A DNA stretch of 64,000 bases from Tubiluchus corallicola (taxonomy: Eukaryota; Animalia; Priapulida). The stretch covers positions 186,001-250,000 of the forward strand of contig JAQGDQ010000185.1 in NCBI GenBank assembly GCA_030141605.1, given 5' to 3'. Under the pieces are notes generated by a model. That model was not told the origin of the DNA. It worked only from the letters and a program-made list of their open reading frames with translations, and did no database searches. The first letter of the stretch is position 1, and every line of letters starts with the position of its first letter. The translations under genes were made by a program, and so were the position numbers. Positions 1 through 11,420 of this stretch are shown here, in pieces.

Positions 1-126
1 TATTAGTAAAGTCTCAATCAGGTAATAGTTAGTGAGATAAATTTAACACAGTGGTCAAAATGGCAGGAGGTATACAATAGTGAACAAAATACCGTTTTTG
101 CGTTTTTTTTTAATTTAAAGTCTTAC

Positions 127-208
127 CCTTCTCCATCTATGAGTTCCACTCTACCGAGTTGTATGCCGCTGTGAGCATGACAGTCAGTGATCCAAATATC
201 CCACAAAA
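127..208 (-). CDS. ZP gene exon 6
   Basis: AAG acceptor, GTAAGA donor at 121-126; VLWDIWITDCHAHSGIQLGRVELIDGEG, matching the ZP-C 'C.A...LID..GC' pattern. Confidence 0.8.
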
Positions 209-3200
209 CTTCAAACAAATGAAAATATTTAAGAAAAGAAAACCTACAAATCTTTTCTTTAAAAATATATCTTTTAAAAATGTATCGCAATTACATGAAA
301 ATATGACGGGCAAAGCAATTACGACAATACGAAATGCATAACAAAGGTTCCCCGCGTATCCTGAAGACATAATAATATGAAATAAATAATTAAAAAACTC
401 TTTGTTTCGTATCGAAGGTACAGTATATCATAAAATACAATACAAACAAGTTCACATCTAAAATAAATTACAACATTCACAGTTTGATATTTTATAGCGG
501 GTTTCTGATATTCAGGTCCTTATAAAATTCATTTTCTGCTAGACGTTTTACATTAACACAATATTCATTCAACGGTGCCTTATAGTTTATACGGCCGGAT
601 TGGCCTGGCTTATTAATTTTACAGAATACTTTTTACTAAATGCTAGGTCCCTTAAGTCGATTAAATAGTTCAGTGGCATTGTATTACAGAAGTACTGAAG
701 CAATCTAACACTCTCATTTCTTTTATAATTAAATGATACATAAAGATACCTGCTAAAGAAATCGTAAAACTTAATGCAACGATGAAGTAACGCAAAACTA
801 AAGGCAGAATCACCATTAGCTTACCGCTTTTCACATAATAGATGACTACAGTGGCAAGTTCCCCCACAATAAGGGTGTTAGTTGGATCATTTCTGGGATC
901 TTTCCCTTCCACGACTTTGAGGAAAATGTTTGGCATGGCAGCAATAAATGGATCCAGGGTCGTACCAGACACCATGCTGAAAAGTAGTTTGTTATAAAGC
1001 GTGTGACAGAAGTTAGGTGGTTATTATAATGTCTTAGACTTCTAGTGGCTTGTAGTTCTGAGTCGAAAAGTCAAAGTACTTCTGTGGTGTAACAGTTAGC
1101 ATAGCTTCCCGAAAGGAAAAGGTCTAGAGTTCAAGCCCCAGTTGAGATACAGATTTTTCATGCTTTGTAATTTAGCATTGCTTTCGGGCGTTTACATGTT
1201 TATAAATTCTATTAATTACTTAAATAGCAATTTCAATATTATTTATTCTGAACTGTTAAGGAAGAATTGTGTTTTACTAAGGTTGCAATGCGGTTCTCTA
1301 CTTTTTAATTATTTTAGTTGTTTAATTATTCTCGTCAGAATACTACCCGGAAAGCAAAATGGCTTGGGTTCGAGTAGAGGTGTAAAAAATTCAGGCTTTA
1401 TAACTTAGTATCGCTTTCCTGCGTTTATGTAAGTGCAAATCCGAGTAAAGAATGTTGCATAAAAGCTACAAAAACATATTGTAGAAATCATTTAAGTACA
1501 GTAAAATACGCCAGAAATTTGAGGTCAGCTACATTTTTGTACCAAAATCGGTTTTTATGTTCATTTTTGGCAATTTGGGCGTGTAGTATTAAAAAAGAAA
1601 AGTGCCATTTTTCACATTATCTTCAGCTACCATCTTGGATTTCAATATGACCACCACTGTTATTAAATATCTTAACTGTGACTATTATTGTTATTAGTAT
1701 TTACTTTCCAGGGGGTCTGTCTGTCTTACTCAAATGCAACATTTAAAGCACTCTGATTAAAAAATCTCAATTCCCTAAAATGTGGGGAATTTCTGGTAAA
1801 TAAGTCTTGCTTTCCATTTACCAACTTCATTGTGGATTAAGGACTGGAACAACTTTTTAGAGGCTTACGCCTTTTTTCCATGTGGTAAGAAGCCAGGCAG
1901 GCAATGTAGTCAACTTACGGAACAGTGATCCCAGCAGATACTCGTTTATTGGCTGGTGCCCTTGCTGAATTGCACTTGATGGTGTAAGCTCTGTCAGTTG
2001 ACCACAGCACTTTAAAGACTCGATCATTCATGATGATGATGGTGTTTGAGAAAGAGTTGCTCGGTTCTTCGAAAGCGCTCGAAGGCTGAAATGACACAGT
2101 AAGGTGACACATAAAGTCTTAATACTTTGCAGGTTTGAACCTTTCAAAGACAAGTGATGTTTCTGTGGTACTACTTCCGATACCGAGAATGAACCCAAAA
2201 TGAAATAAGAGTTAATTAGAAACTTATTGATATGAAACTAGTAATTAACTGGAAACAACTTTTGAAAGTATAAATGAAAGGATAAACGTCTGCTGACAGA
2301 TTTGTTGGTTAAGTTATTATCTACCAGCAAAAGCACTTAATCAGTGAGTAGTACTGCAACTGCTAACACGAAAAGGAAACTATAATCAAGGCTATTTAAA
2401 CAGATGTTGAAATTTCACAATTTTCAACTAAGTGCTCCAAGCCATTTTTATTATAATAGATTGATATATTATAAAAGTAATATGGACAATGTTGATTGTA
2501 ACAAAAATGATTTAAAACACTTAATTATATTATTCATAAAAGTAAAGGCGGGAAAGCTAGTCATTTGTCTATTCCTGTCTTTGGAACTGATGCCACTTTT
2601 CGTCAGTGAAGTTATTCAGTTAGGCTTATTGCAATTGAAAAACTTAATTGCCTGTTAATTCAGCAACCCAAGAAGGTTGAGCTTGTCACAGATCACTGCA
2701 ATTTTGCTCCGTTGGGAACTTCAATGAACAGGATCGACAGTAATCACCCAGGATTCGAATGACCTTATAATGTTTATTTAACACTTAGAAGAGAATGTCA
2801 CGTCAAGAGTGGCAGCAGATTAGTGGATTACAAGACAATATTTCGAAATGTTTTTTTAACGTTCTACCACGTGACTCTTTAAAGAAACTAACTTGATTCT
2901 TAGAATGATTGCAAAGTCAAAAAACATTTCTGGTGGAAAGTAAAATATAGAATCAACCAGAAAAAAGTTCCCTCAAAGTAACTCGTGACCCTTCACCCTG
3001 GTACTGGCTTTTGTAAAATACGCCCACCTCATAGTTAATTGTACAGCCCGGTATTTCCTCTTTCTAACGAACTATAAATTTTCCTCCAAAGACCCCTCCA
3101 AGTTGTTTTTCTACACGGTATTTCGGCAATGAACAAATGCCGGCTATTTTTGGAGGTTTTCACCCACTGTTAGAGGAACTCTGTATAACCAAAATGTAAA

Positions 3201-6200
3201 AGCGGGAGTCTTTGAGGGGAAGCCAGGTTACATGACGGCCTCTGTGTTTTTTACAAACGCCTCTACCAGGATGAAGGGTTACAAGTTAATTTGGGAGAAC
3301 CTTTTTTGGACGACCCTGTACGTAAAATAAAAAAATAGTGTTCTTACCCCTACGCTATTTTCTTCCGTGCCACAGCCATCTAAAGGTATCTCAATCCTAG
3401 CATCACGAAGACCATTGATGGGAGTGTTGCACAGTGGTTGCTTAAAATAACCCTTAGAATACACAGCGCCATCAAATGGTGCAGCAAAATGTAAATCAAC
3501 AACCATGGTTCTGCGACCTGTGTCGCACAAAACATCTATGCCTGAAATAATACAGAGACCTCTCAACCAACGTCTTTAATTCTATCCAATGCACAGCTAT
3601 CCAGGGCCGGGTTATGACGTTTTAGAGCCCCTAGGCTAATGAAATTATGGGAGCCCTTTCAGACGGGCCCACCCTCTAACTCACCCACACCCCTATATTG
3701 AATACGTTTTTTTAAAACTTGTGATGTATTATAACGCTATTAACATAGCTCGAAGTAAACTTATAGTATATTCTTAAAATAAATTAGAATAGCTATATTT
3801 TGTTTGTAAATATTAATATTATTTAAGAAATACCACTATTTTACTATTTCTTACAAACCAAATTGGCACATATTTCAACACAACCGTAGTGAAAAACTGC
3901 GGATTTTTTTACCAACTGCTAACAAACCTCTAGACCCCCTAAGCTTGATGGCTCTAGGCTGCAGCTCATACAAGCCTATAGAATAATCCAGTGCTGCTGC
4001 TATCATTGTTAAAACTCGGACAAATAACTAGACAAAAATATAATGTACACGGATACATCACGAATGTGCAACACATAATGAAATCCAAGCAAACTGTGGC
4101 AAGGCGACCCGTGAAGCCTAAAAATAATTCTAGGGTTTATTTTTCCAAACAACACAATCTTCAAAAATTTACTTACTATTTACAACATCGTCTCCAGTAA
4201 TAGTAGAGCTTACAGCTTCCACTGGAGGTTGCACCAGAGGCACTTGATATGGCAAAATATCGTTTATTTCTTGCGGAGGCTTGATAACTGCATTGGATCT
4301 GTCAGTGGATATGCTTTGTGTGAAGTACGGGTTGTATGTAGTCCTTGGCTGCTCTATAACGTGTTGCTTAGTAGAGTAATCACTAGGATATGTCTGTACA
4401 CCCAAAGTTGGTAGTGGTTTGATTGGTGAGTCTATAAGGCTGGGTCTTTCACTGCCAGCAATCAGACTTTTAATTGTCTTCTGAGATGAACCCTTATAAA
4501 CTGCTGAAGCTTGTTCTGGATCTTCAAAAACGAAGCTTCTGCTCCTCGCTTTTCCTCTTCCTCTTCCCTTTTCTCTTGTTCTATCTCTTCCCTTAAATGG
4601 ATTATAAACAGTTGCTTTACCAAGGAGTTCTCCTCCCGGGCCGTTTCCAAGATCTATCTTGACGTTACCATTGTTAAATTCAGCTCGATCGTGCTGGGCA
4701 CGAGATTCTTCTCCACGTAAATGTGTCACTCCAGCACGACCACGACTCCTCTGGCCTGTGCTCCCATCCCAAGGATTATAGAAACCACGTGAATCAAACG
4801 AACCTAACCCAGGCACCATAGCTCCAACATCACCATCTATCACAGGAATTCCGACGCCAGGAACTTCTATTTCCGGAAGAGTTGACTGAAAGTCACTACT
4901 TAAGGAGCTGCTTCCTTCGCGTCCCACCAAGTCGTCAATAGTCGCAGAAACTCTTTCTGTTTCTGCTGCTACTTCAGTTGGCACTTCTGGAGCAGGCGCA
5001 TTACCCAATCTGTTGCGAAAGTTTGGAGATCCGAAATCAATTCTCCCTGGATCAAGTTGGAATACGGTTTGCTGTGGCTTATTCACCTCGGTACCAACAT
5101 TAGCAAAAATGCCCAAATTGCCAACCTTAACATTTTCTTGATCATTTTGGACTTTTACCCCAATACTTGGATGGGCTCCAATGGATTGTGCTGTTCCTTG
5201 AGACTGAGCAAATTCATGTGGAAACAAACCTTCTCTGTCCACACTAGCTCCAATATCTAGATCTGGAAAACCACCAAAGTTGTTTGTCCTTGGCAGACCT
5301 TCGAATGACACACTATCCCCAATTACCCCAAAATTATCAGCAGGTAGTATATCAGAGCTCGACTTCATGTTTACTGCTACGTGTGGGACAATATCAATAT
5401 TTCCAGCATTTACAGTTTGCTCCTGTGCATCTTGCACTGCAACTCCAATGTCTGCTTGTGTTTTTTGCCCGAAATTTAGTCCAGTTTGTTGCCCAAAATC
5501 AACATCACCACTGGGATTTCGTATTCTAGTTGAACGTCCCTGAACCCCGACATTTCCAAGTGACTGCACAGCTACGTTTTGTGCATCAGATAGAGCACCA
5601 TTCACACCAAGTCGTGGTGTGACATGATGCATGCTAGATCCAGTGCCAGTGCTACTGCTGCGCTGAAATGCATTTCTGTTACTCAGAGATTCTTCGACTT
5701 GTTTGCTGTTAAAGTCAAAAGTTTCAATGTTTTGGTTATTACGTTGCGGAATCTGCTCGACATTTACTCCTACGTTTGAAAAGATTCCCAAGTTACCAAC
5801 ATTTACAGATTGCTTTTGCTGCTCTAGCACTGGCACTGAGATGTCTGCTTGAGTTTCTTGAAAATTATCTAAATCAAAATTTCTCCCTTGAGTGACATCT
5901 GCATCGACAGTCCGTTGCTGTTGGAAGTTTTTGCCAGTAAAACGGAAATCACGATTTGGGAAAATCTGAGAGCCAGTATAGGAAGTAAACCTGTTGTCTG
6001 CATCTGCTGTGCTTGTTTCTTGTCTGCTTGAAGATTTCTGTCGGTCTGTAACTCCCACTCCATATACAGAAAATCTCTCTGGAGTAAAGTTAGTATCTGC
6101 ACGACTACCAAAGCCGTCATTTATGCCACTGTTTGCATTACCTTGGTAAACACTTGTTAGTGTAGCTCCATCACCAGACCATTGGTGTTGGCCATTGTCT

Positions 6201-8523
6201 GCTACTGGGAAAGCAATGCCGGGATAAAGAGGGTCATTCGATCGTCTGAAGTGCCCTGGTACAGGTACTCGAAGTGGTTCTTTCCCATAAGGATTAAAAA
6301 TTTTACCCGGTGTTTGTAGAACTGTTCCAGATTGAGAAGGTTGAGCAGAAGTCGAACTACCATAAAAGTTTGTATCTCTTTGCTTAAATGGGTTTATCAA
6401 GGAACCCTGTGGAATTTCTTCCTCAATTCTTTGATTCCCCAAGACTGTCTGAAATTCTTCTTGGCCTTCTCGCTGTGTGAATTGAGTATTTTGAGAACTC
6501 AGATCCATCTCTGGCTGTTTACTTGCAACAACACGCCTAAGTTCTGGCATCCTTCGTTCAGCTACATAGACCTGCTGGCTTTCGGGCAGTGCCCGATCTA
6601 ATATGGTAAACTGTCTAGTATCCAGTGGTTCTTGATTGGATGCATCAAATCCTCGGCCTGTCTGCCTTTCAAATTGCCACCCTTGTACTGTTTGATCCCC
6701 TCTTTCAAACTGCCCTACTTCAGGAAATATCTGTTCATTTCTGCCAAGCTGCTTGAAATCGGTTACTGGCCGATCGTTTCCATCTAATTGTCCAAAGTCA
6801 GGTACTGCCCTGCCGCTTGTGCTAAATTGTACACCATCGGGTTGTGTTTGCCCTACATTGTCAAAACGTCTTGCTTGATGAAATGCTTGGTCACTTGAAT
6901 CAAACTGTCTTGTATCTGATATTGATTGATCACGTCTTCCAAACTGTTCAAGTTGTGTTATAGCTTGAGGTTCATTCTCAAATTGTCTACCTCGATTATT
7001 CTCCGCTATTGCTTGATAATTTGAATCAAGGTCACTAAGCTCTAGCGACTCGTGTTTATCAAACCCTACGCTTAAAGGCATTGGCTCAAAGTTACCATCT
7101 AAGAGTTCTGAGCCAGGAAATGACTGGTCATTCATTCGTGCTTTAAAATCTTCAAACACAGACTGATCATTTCTAACAGCAAACGTGTCTGGTACTGACT
7201 GATCATTTCTTCCAAACTCTGATGAAGATGCAGTTAAGCTAAAAGATCTACCGCCTGATAGCGTCTGATCAGTCCTGTCAAACTCCGATAATTTATCACT
7301 CCTGACAAAAGGACCATTGCCTGGTACTGACTGAGCAGTCTCGCCGAAGTCGGGTAATGGATTTCTTCTGCCAAAATGTCTACCATGTGGAACTGACTGA
7401 TCATTATTTCTAAAGCGATCTGCATCAAACAGTAGTTGATTACTGTCTACAAATTGCGTAATTACAGGGCTGTCACCTACGTTACTTTGTAATTCACTAC
7501 CAGTGTCTTGAGCTTCGGCTCGTGAAAAATCATCAAACTGGCCAGTCAGTGCTCTTCCGGGAATGCTGTCAAACTGTGAAGAGCTTTCAAAGGAAACAGA
7601 AGCACCTTCCTCGGACACTGGAAACCCGACTGTAAGTTGGCGATTAGGGCTGGAATTACCCTGATTTGCTTGACTACCAAAAGGAAAAGCAGGTTCTTGT
7701 CTTATTCCTAGTCCTCGTGCTCTTCCAGAAACGAGCTGGGGACCAGAACTGCTTTCAACGTTTTGGTCCAAATGGCTGACCGGAAGAACAGAGCTGTCTC
7801 TTGCAGGAAATTTGCCGTCCTTTTCACTAAAGTTCTCATCTTCCCGTAAACGTCGTTGATTTGCACTATCAGTCTTATCAGAAACATGTCTAATCTGAGC
7901 TTCACCCACATAATTTTCTAAAGGGATCTGAAACACTGATCCGGGTCTTAAATCTGGCAGCAAATCCTCATCTTCAAATGGTAGCACGATTTCTTGGTCA
8001 CTGCTACCCACCTCTGATGATCTTCCCTCACTTCTCTCACTATAATAAGGAGCCTCATCGCGAGTAAAGTAAATAATATTTGGATCAGGTGTAAAATGGG
8101 CGTTCATGTCTTTCATAGCAGTCACACACCCTACCTGTAGAGCAAAGACAAAATGTAAAGCTTTAATATCATTGCCATCCATAACTATGCTTTGAAACAT
8201 TTTTTTTCTTGTTAAAATTTAGAATCTCATTTAAAAAAACTGAATTATTATATATGGATCCGTCAATCATAGCTCATACTTAAAGAAAGAAAAAACGCAT
8301 TAAACATTTTCTAAATTGTTTGCCCTATCATTAATTAATGATTAATGATTACCGTGCATAACTTTGTTAAAAACAATGAGATAAATTAAAATTTTACTTC
8401 TGGTTTAAAAGGAATTGATTTAAATATATAAAAACTTATTAAAACATTCCTACAGGTTTACATGCAGTATAAGATTTGAAAACTTACCACTGCCGCCAAC
8501 CAGAAAACAACACCCACTTTCAT
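127..8523 (-). CDS. Secreted ZP-domain (cuticlin/dusky-like) extracellular matrix protein with a giant repetitive N-terminal region; 3' part lies beyond the left edge
   Basis: Six exons joined in phase by GT-AG sites: 8488-8523, 4177-8134, 3348-3541, 1919-2085, 825-976, 127-208 (about 1,529 codons so far). Signal peptide MKVGVVFWLAAV|VGCVTA. ZP-N-like motifs: IDVLCD..MVVDLHFAAPFDGAVYSKGY...C...IPLDGCG and FSNTIIIM..DRAYTIKC. ZP-C-like start: LIVGELATVVI, DIWITDCHAH..VELIDGEG. Confidence 0.85.
825..976 (-). CDS. ZP gene exon 5
   Basis: TTTCAG/GTAAGC; PNIFLKVVEGKDP..LIVGELATVVIYYVKS; phase 2 to 1. Confidence 0.82.
1082..1430 (+). mobile_element. Two tandem decayed copies of a tRNA-derived SINE-like element
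   Basis: A-box-like TGGTGTAACAGTTAG and B-box-like GAGTTCAAGCCC (about 1085-1139); second B box GGGTTCGAG near 1366. Both are followed by similar tails (TTCATGCTTTGTAATTTAGCATTGCTTTC vs TTCAGGCTTTATAACTTAGTATCGCTTTC). Confidence 0.55.
1919..2085 (-). CDS. ZP gene exon 4
   Basis: TTTCAG/GTAAGT; FSNTIIIMNDRVFKVLWSTDRAYTIKC; phase 0 to 2. Confidence 0.85.
2989..3278. mobile_element. piggyBac-like MITE
   Basis: About 35-bp imperfect TIRs: left CCCTTCACCCTGGTACTGGCTTTTGTAAAATAC; right, reverse-complemented, CCCTTCATCCTGGTAGAGGCGTTTGTAAAAAAC. Flanks GTGA/TTAC may be decayed TTAA. Confidence 0.65.
3348..3541 (-). CDS. ZP gene exon 3 (ZP-N start)
   Basis: TTTCAG acceptor, GTAAGA donor; IDVLCDTGRRTMVVDLHFAAPFDGAVYSKGYFKQPLC...DGCG. 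Confidence 0.88.
3602..3996. mobile_element. hAT-like MITE
   Basis: TIRs CAGGGCCGGGTTAT / ATAATCCAGTGCTG; near-identical 8-bp TSD CAGCTATC (3594-3601) / CTGCTATC (3997-4004). Confidence 0.72.
4177..8134 (-). CDS. ZP gene, giant exon 2 (low-complexity repetitive region)
   Basis: Lies inside the 1343-aa ORF 4169-8200; CTACAG acceptor, GTAAGT donor at 4171-4176; 3,958 nt, phase 0 to 1. Confidence 0.88.
8488..8523 (-). CDS. ZP gene, first coding exon (signal peptide MKVGVVFWLAAV)
   Basis: ATG at 8521-8523, GTAAGT donor at 8482-8487; phase 0 joins the acceptor at 8135-8137. Confidence 0.8.
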
Positions 8524-9516
8524 CTCTAATACTTTTTCGCGCCAGTATACGAGCAGAGCACCAGTCACATTCGTCACACCATTATTAAGCTGAAATAAAA
8601 AGTAATTATAATCAAACGACTAAACAGAATCTATTCTGTTAGTTCATAGCAGGGTGGTGGCTTTATTAGGAATCGAAATTGTTATTTAGCATAATGTTTA
8701 TTAATCATTGATGCGTGTGTTTTAGCTTATGAATGTTCAGCAAATTTTTAAAAATTCGTAGACTAATGCAAACACAAATTAAGAACTGGAAAAAGAAATT
8801 ACACAAAATTATGGTGTTGCACTAACACGGATTAGTTATTACTGACTAAATTTTATTTTAAAATGTTACACGAAATTATAGGACCCGGCTCATCCGCATA
8901 CGTGAAAAAAATGATGCCTTCAGAGTGTTACAGCCCCGCACCAAATTTCGTGCACTCAATGCTTTTACAAGGATTGACACACAGAGTAGCTACTTCTCTT
9001 TCACGACAGAATGCTATTAAATGCCCGTTCAATATTTACCCGTACGAGGTATTAACGCCTTAAGAAATTCGAACAAAATACCAAAGCATTAAAAACATAA
9101 TTACACCACTGTACTTAGCAATGAATATGTTACAACGTCCTGTGTATTGAGCGAGATGAATTACAATGTTCCTTTTCTCTTCTGTTACTTTGGTATCTGG
9201 GTGATTGGTAACTTTAAGCTTGGCTGACAAGGTATTGTCATAACTGACAAGATATATGCGTCGATTCTGTTGATTATGTGTTACACACATATAGACAAGA
9301 GATGAAAATGAAATAAAAGTAGCAAATTACACGTAAATCCGCTTGTTAAGCTCGAACTAATGATCAGATTTTAGCATAATTGCGGCGCCAATTCTTTAGT
9401 CTGACAACTGATATTTTCCCCCGCAATAAAGGTAAATTTCTGTCCGTGTTTTGAGATTTCATGATACAAAACTTTACATAGTCTTAGCCAAATTATGCGG
9501 CGAATGGCACAGTCCT

Positions 9517-9990
9517 ATACTACACTATACTATACTATACTATACTATACTATACTATACTATACTATACTATACTATACTATACTATACTATACTATAC
9601 TATACTATACTATACTATACTATACTATACTATACTATACTATACTATACTATACTACACTATACTACACTATACTACACTATACTACACTATACTACAC
9701 CACACCACACCACACCACACCACACCACACCACACCACACCACACCACACCACACCACACCACACCACACCACACTACACTACACTACACTACACTACAC
9801 TACACTACACTACACTATACAACACTATACAACACCACACCACACCACACCACACCACACCACACCACACCACACCACACTACACTACACTATACTATAC
9901 TACACTATGCTATACTATACTACATTGCATTGCATTACCTTACATTACATTACCTTACATTACATTACATTGCATTACGTTACATTATAT
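9517..9990. repeat. Compound pentanucleotide microsatellite (TATAC/TACAC/CACAC/TACAT)
   Basis: Directly visible 5-bp period with blockwise unit changes. Confidence 0.95.
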
Positions 9991-11147
9991 TATCCCGGAT
10001 TATCAAAGAAAATATTTTTAAGATGAGACCCTGGTAGAATTAACCCACAATTATTGAAAGTTTGATAGTCAGTTATTGAAAGCCAAACTCGTCCACCGCG
10101 GAAGGAAATGTGAAACGTCGAGATTGAGCCTGGGTTTGAAAAATATTCGGCGACGGGTTGAATGCGGTACCGATAGACTACTTTCAACTTGCTAGCCAGT
10201 TGCCACCCAGTTCAGCAGTTTAAACGTGTTGTTTACTCCCGCTATAGTCTAATTACTAAATAATTAGATTATTTTTTTGTAATAAATTTAGAGCTTAAAA
10301 TAATCTGCGCGTAATTAATTAAACATTCATAATCTAAATCGAATGAATCACAATTATAAAATTTTTTGAAATAAAACTTGTCCGAAAGCAAGAAAATAAT
10401 GTGGAAAAGTTCGCAACCACACGTGGATTTGGGCGACAAAAAACTGATAAACACGTTTTAGCTACTTTCGGCTATATAAACGTCCCCTCAACAAGACAAA
10501 TATCACGGAAGCGATTTTCCCAACGATCACACATCCATTTAATAACCAGGTCCAGCGTTATTATCTCATATGTTATCCCTCTTTGGGCGACACACTAGCC
10601 GCTAGGCTATGCTGTTTTAAATATTAGGTTGTCAATAGCCTGCGTGTTGATTGACGTGTTTGACTGTTCTGTAGTTGCCCACTTTTCTTCTCAATCTACC
10701 ACTCTAAGTCTTATTAAAAAAAACTAAAGACTGGGCGGAACATCTCGGTTGTTAATTTTTCTGAACAAAAAACGGAAACAGTTATCTGGTTAAAAAACCG
10801 AACTTGGAAAAAGTGTTAAAAACGCTTTAACTTTAAAAATCGCGTATGTCTGTAAAACGGACAAAAAATGTCACATAGTTCTAGACAAGTTTACTTTAAA
10901 CCATTTTATGTTGGTTGGTTGTATAATTGCTTTATGATGCTGTAATGCAGACTTGACATCTAAAGCTACAAAGTATGAAGCTAAAAGTCATGCAGTATAC
11001 AGATCTATAATCTCGCTTTCCTATTCCAACGTTTTCAGGCCAATTATTTCCGTAGGGACGCATAAAGAGCCAAGGCTACCAATAAACAAAGAAGCAAATA
11101 TAAAAATAAATAAATAAATAACTGTAAATCATTTACGACACAACAGC

Positions 11148-11233
11148 AATAATGATGGTGGTGGTGATGATAATGCCAATGACAATTACGGTGATGACGA
11201 CAAGGATGATGATTATGGTGATGATGATAACGA

Positions 11234-11265
<32 letters not shown>

Positions 11266-11420
11266 ATGATGATGACGATGATGATGATGATGATGATGAT
11301 GACGATGGTAATGATGATGATGAAGATGATGATGCTGATGCTGATGATGATGACGACAACGATGATGATGATGATAAGGAATGATAATGGTAAAGGTGAC
11401 GACGACCATGATGACAAGGT
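11148..11420. repeat. Degenerate (GAT)n trinucleotide microsatellite
   Basis: Directly visible; generates spurious poly-His/Met/Ile ORFs. Confidence 0.95.

Noticed and set aside
137-370. 77-aa ORF, or an exon starting at 360 (GYAGNLCYAF)
   Set aside because: The ZP-like reading lies in another frame (127-208) and joins exon 5 in phase; no good donor for a 360 exon.
9451-10037. 191-aa and 180-aa ORFs (YYTIL/HHTTP repeats)
   Set aside because: Translation of a stop-free pentamer microsatellite; no splice or homology support.
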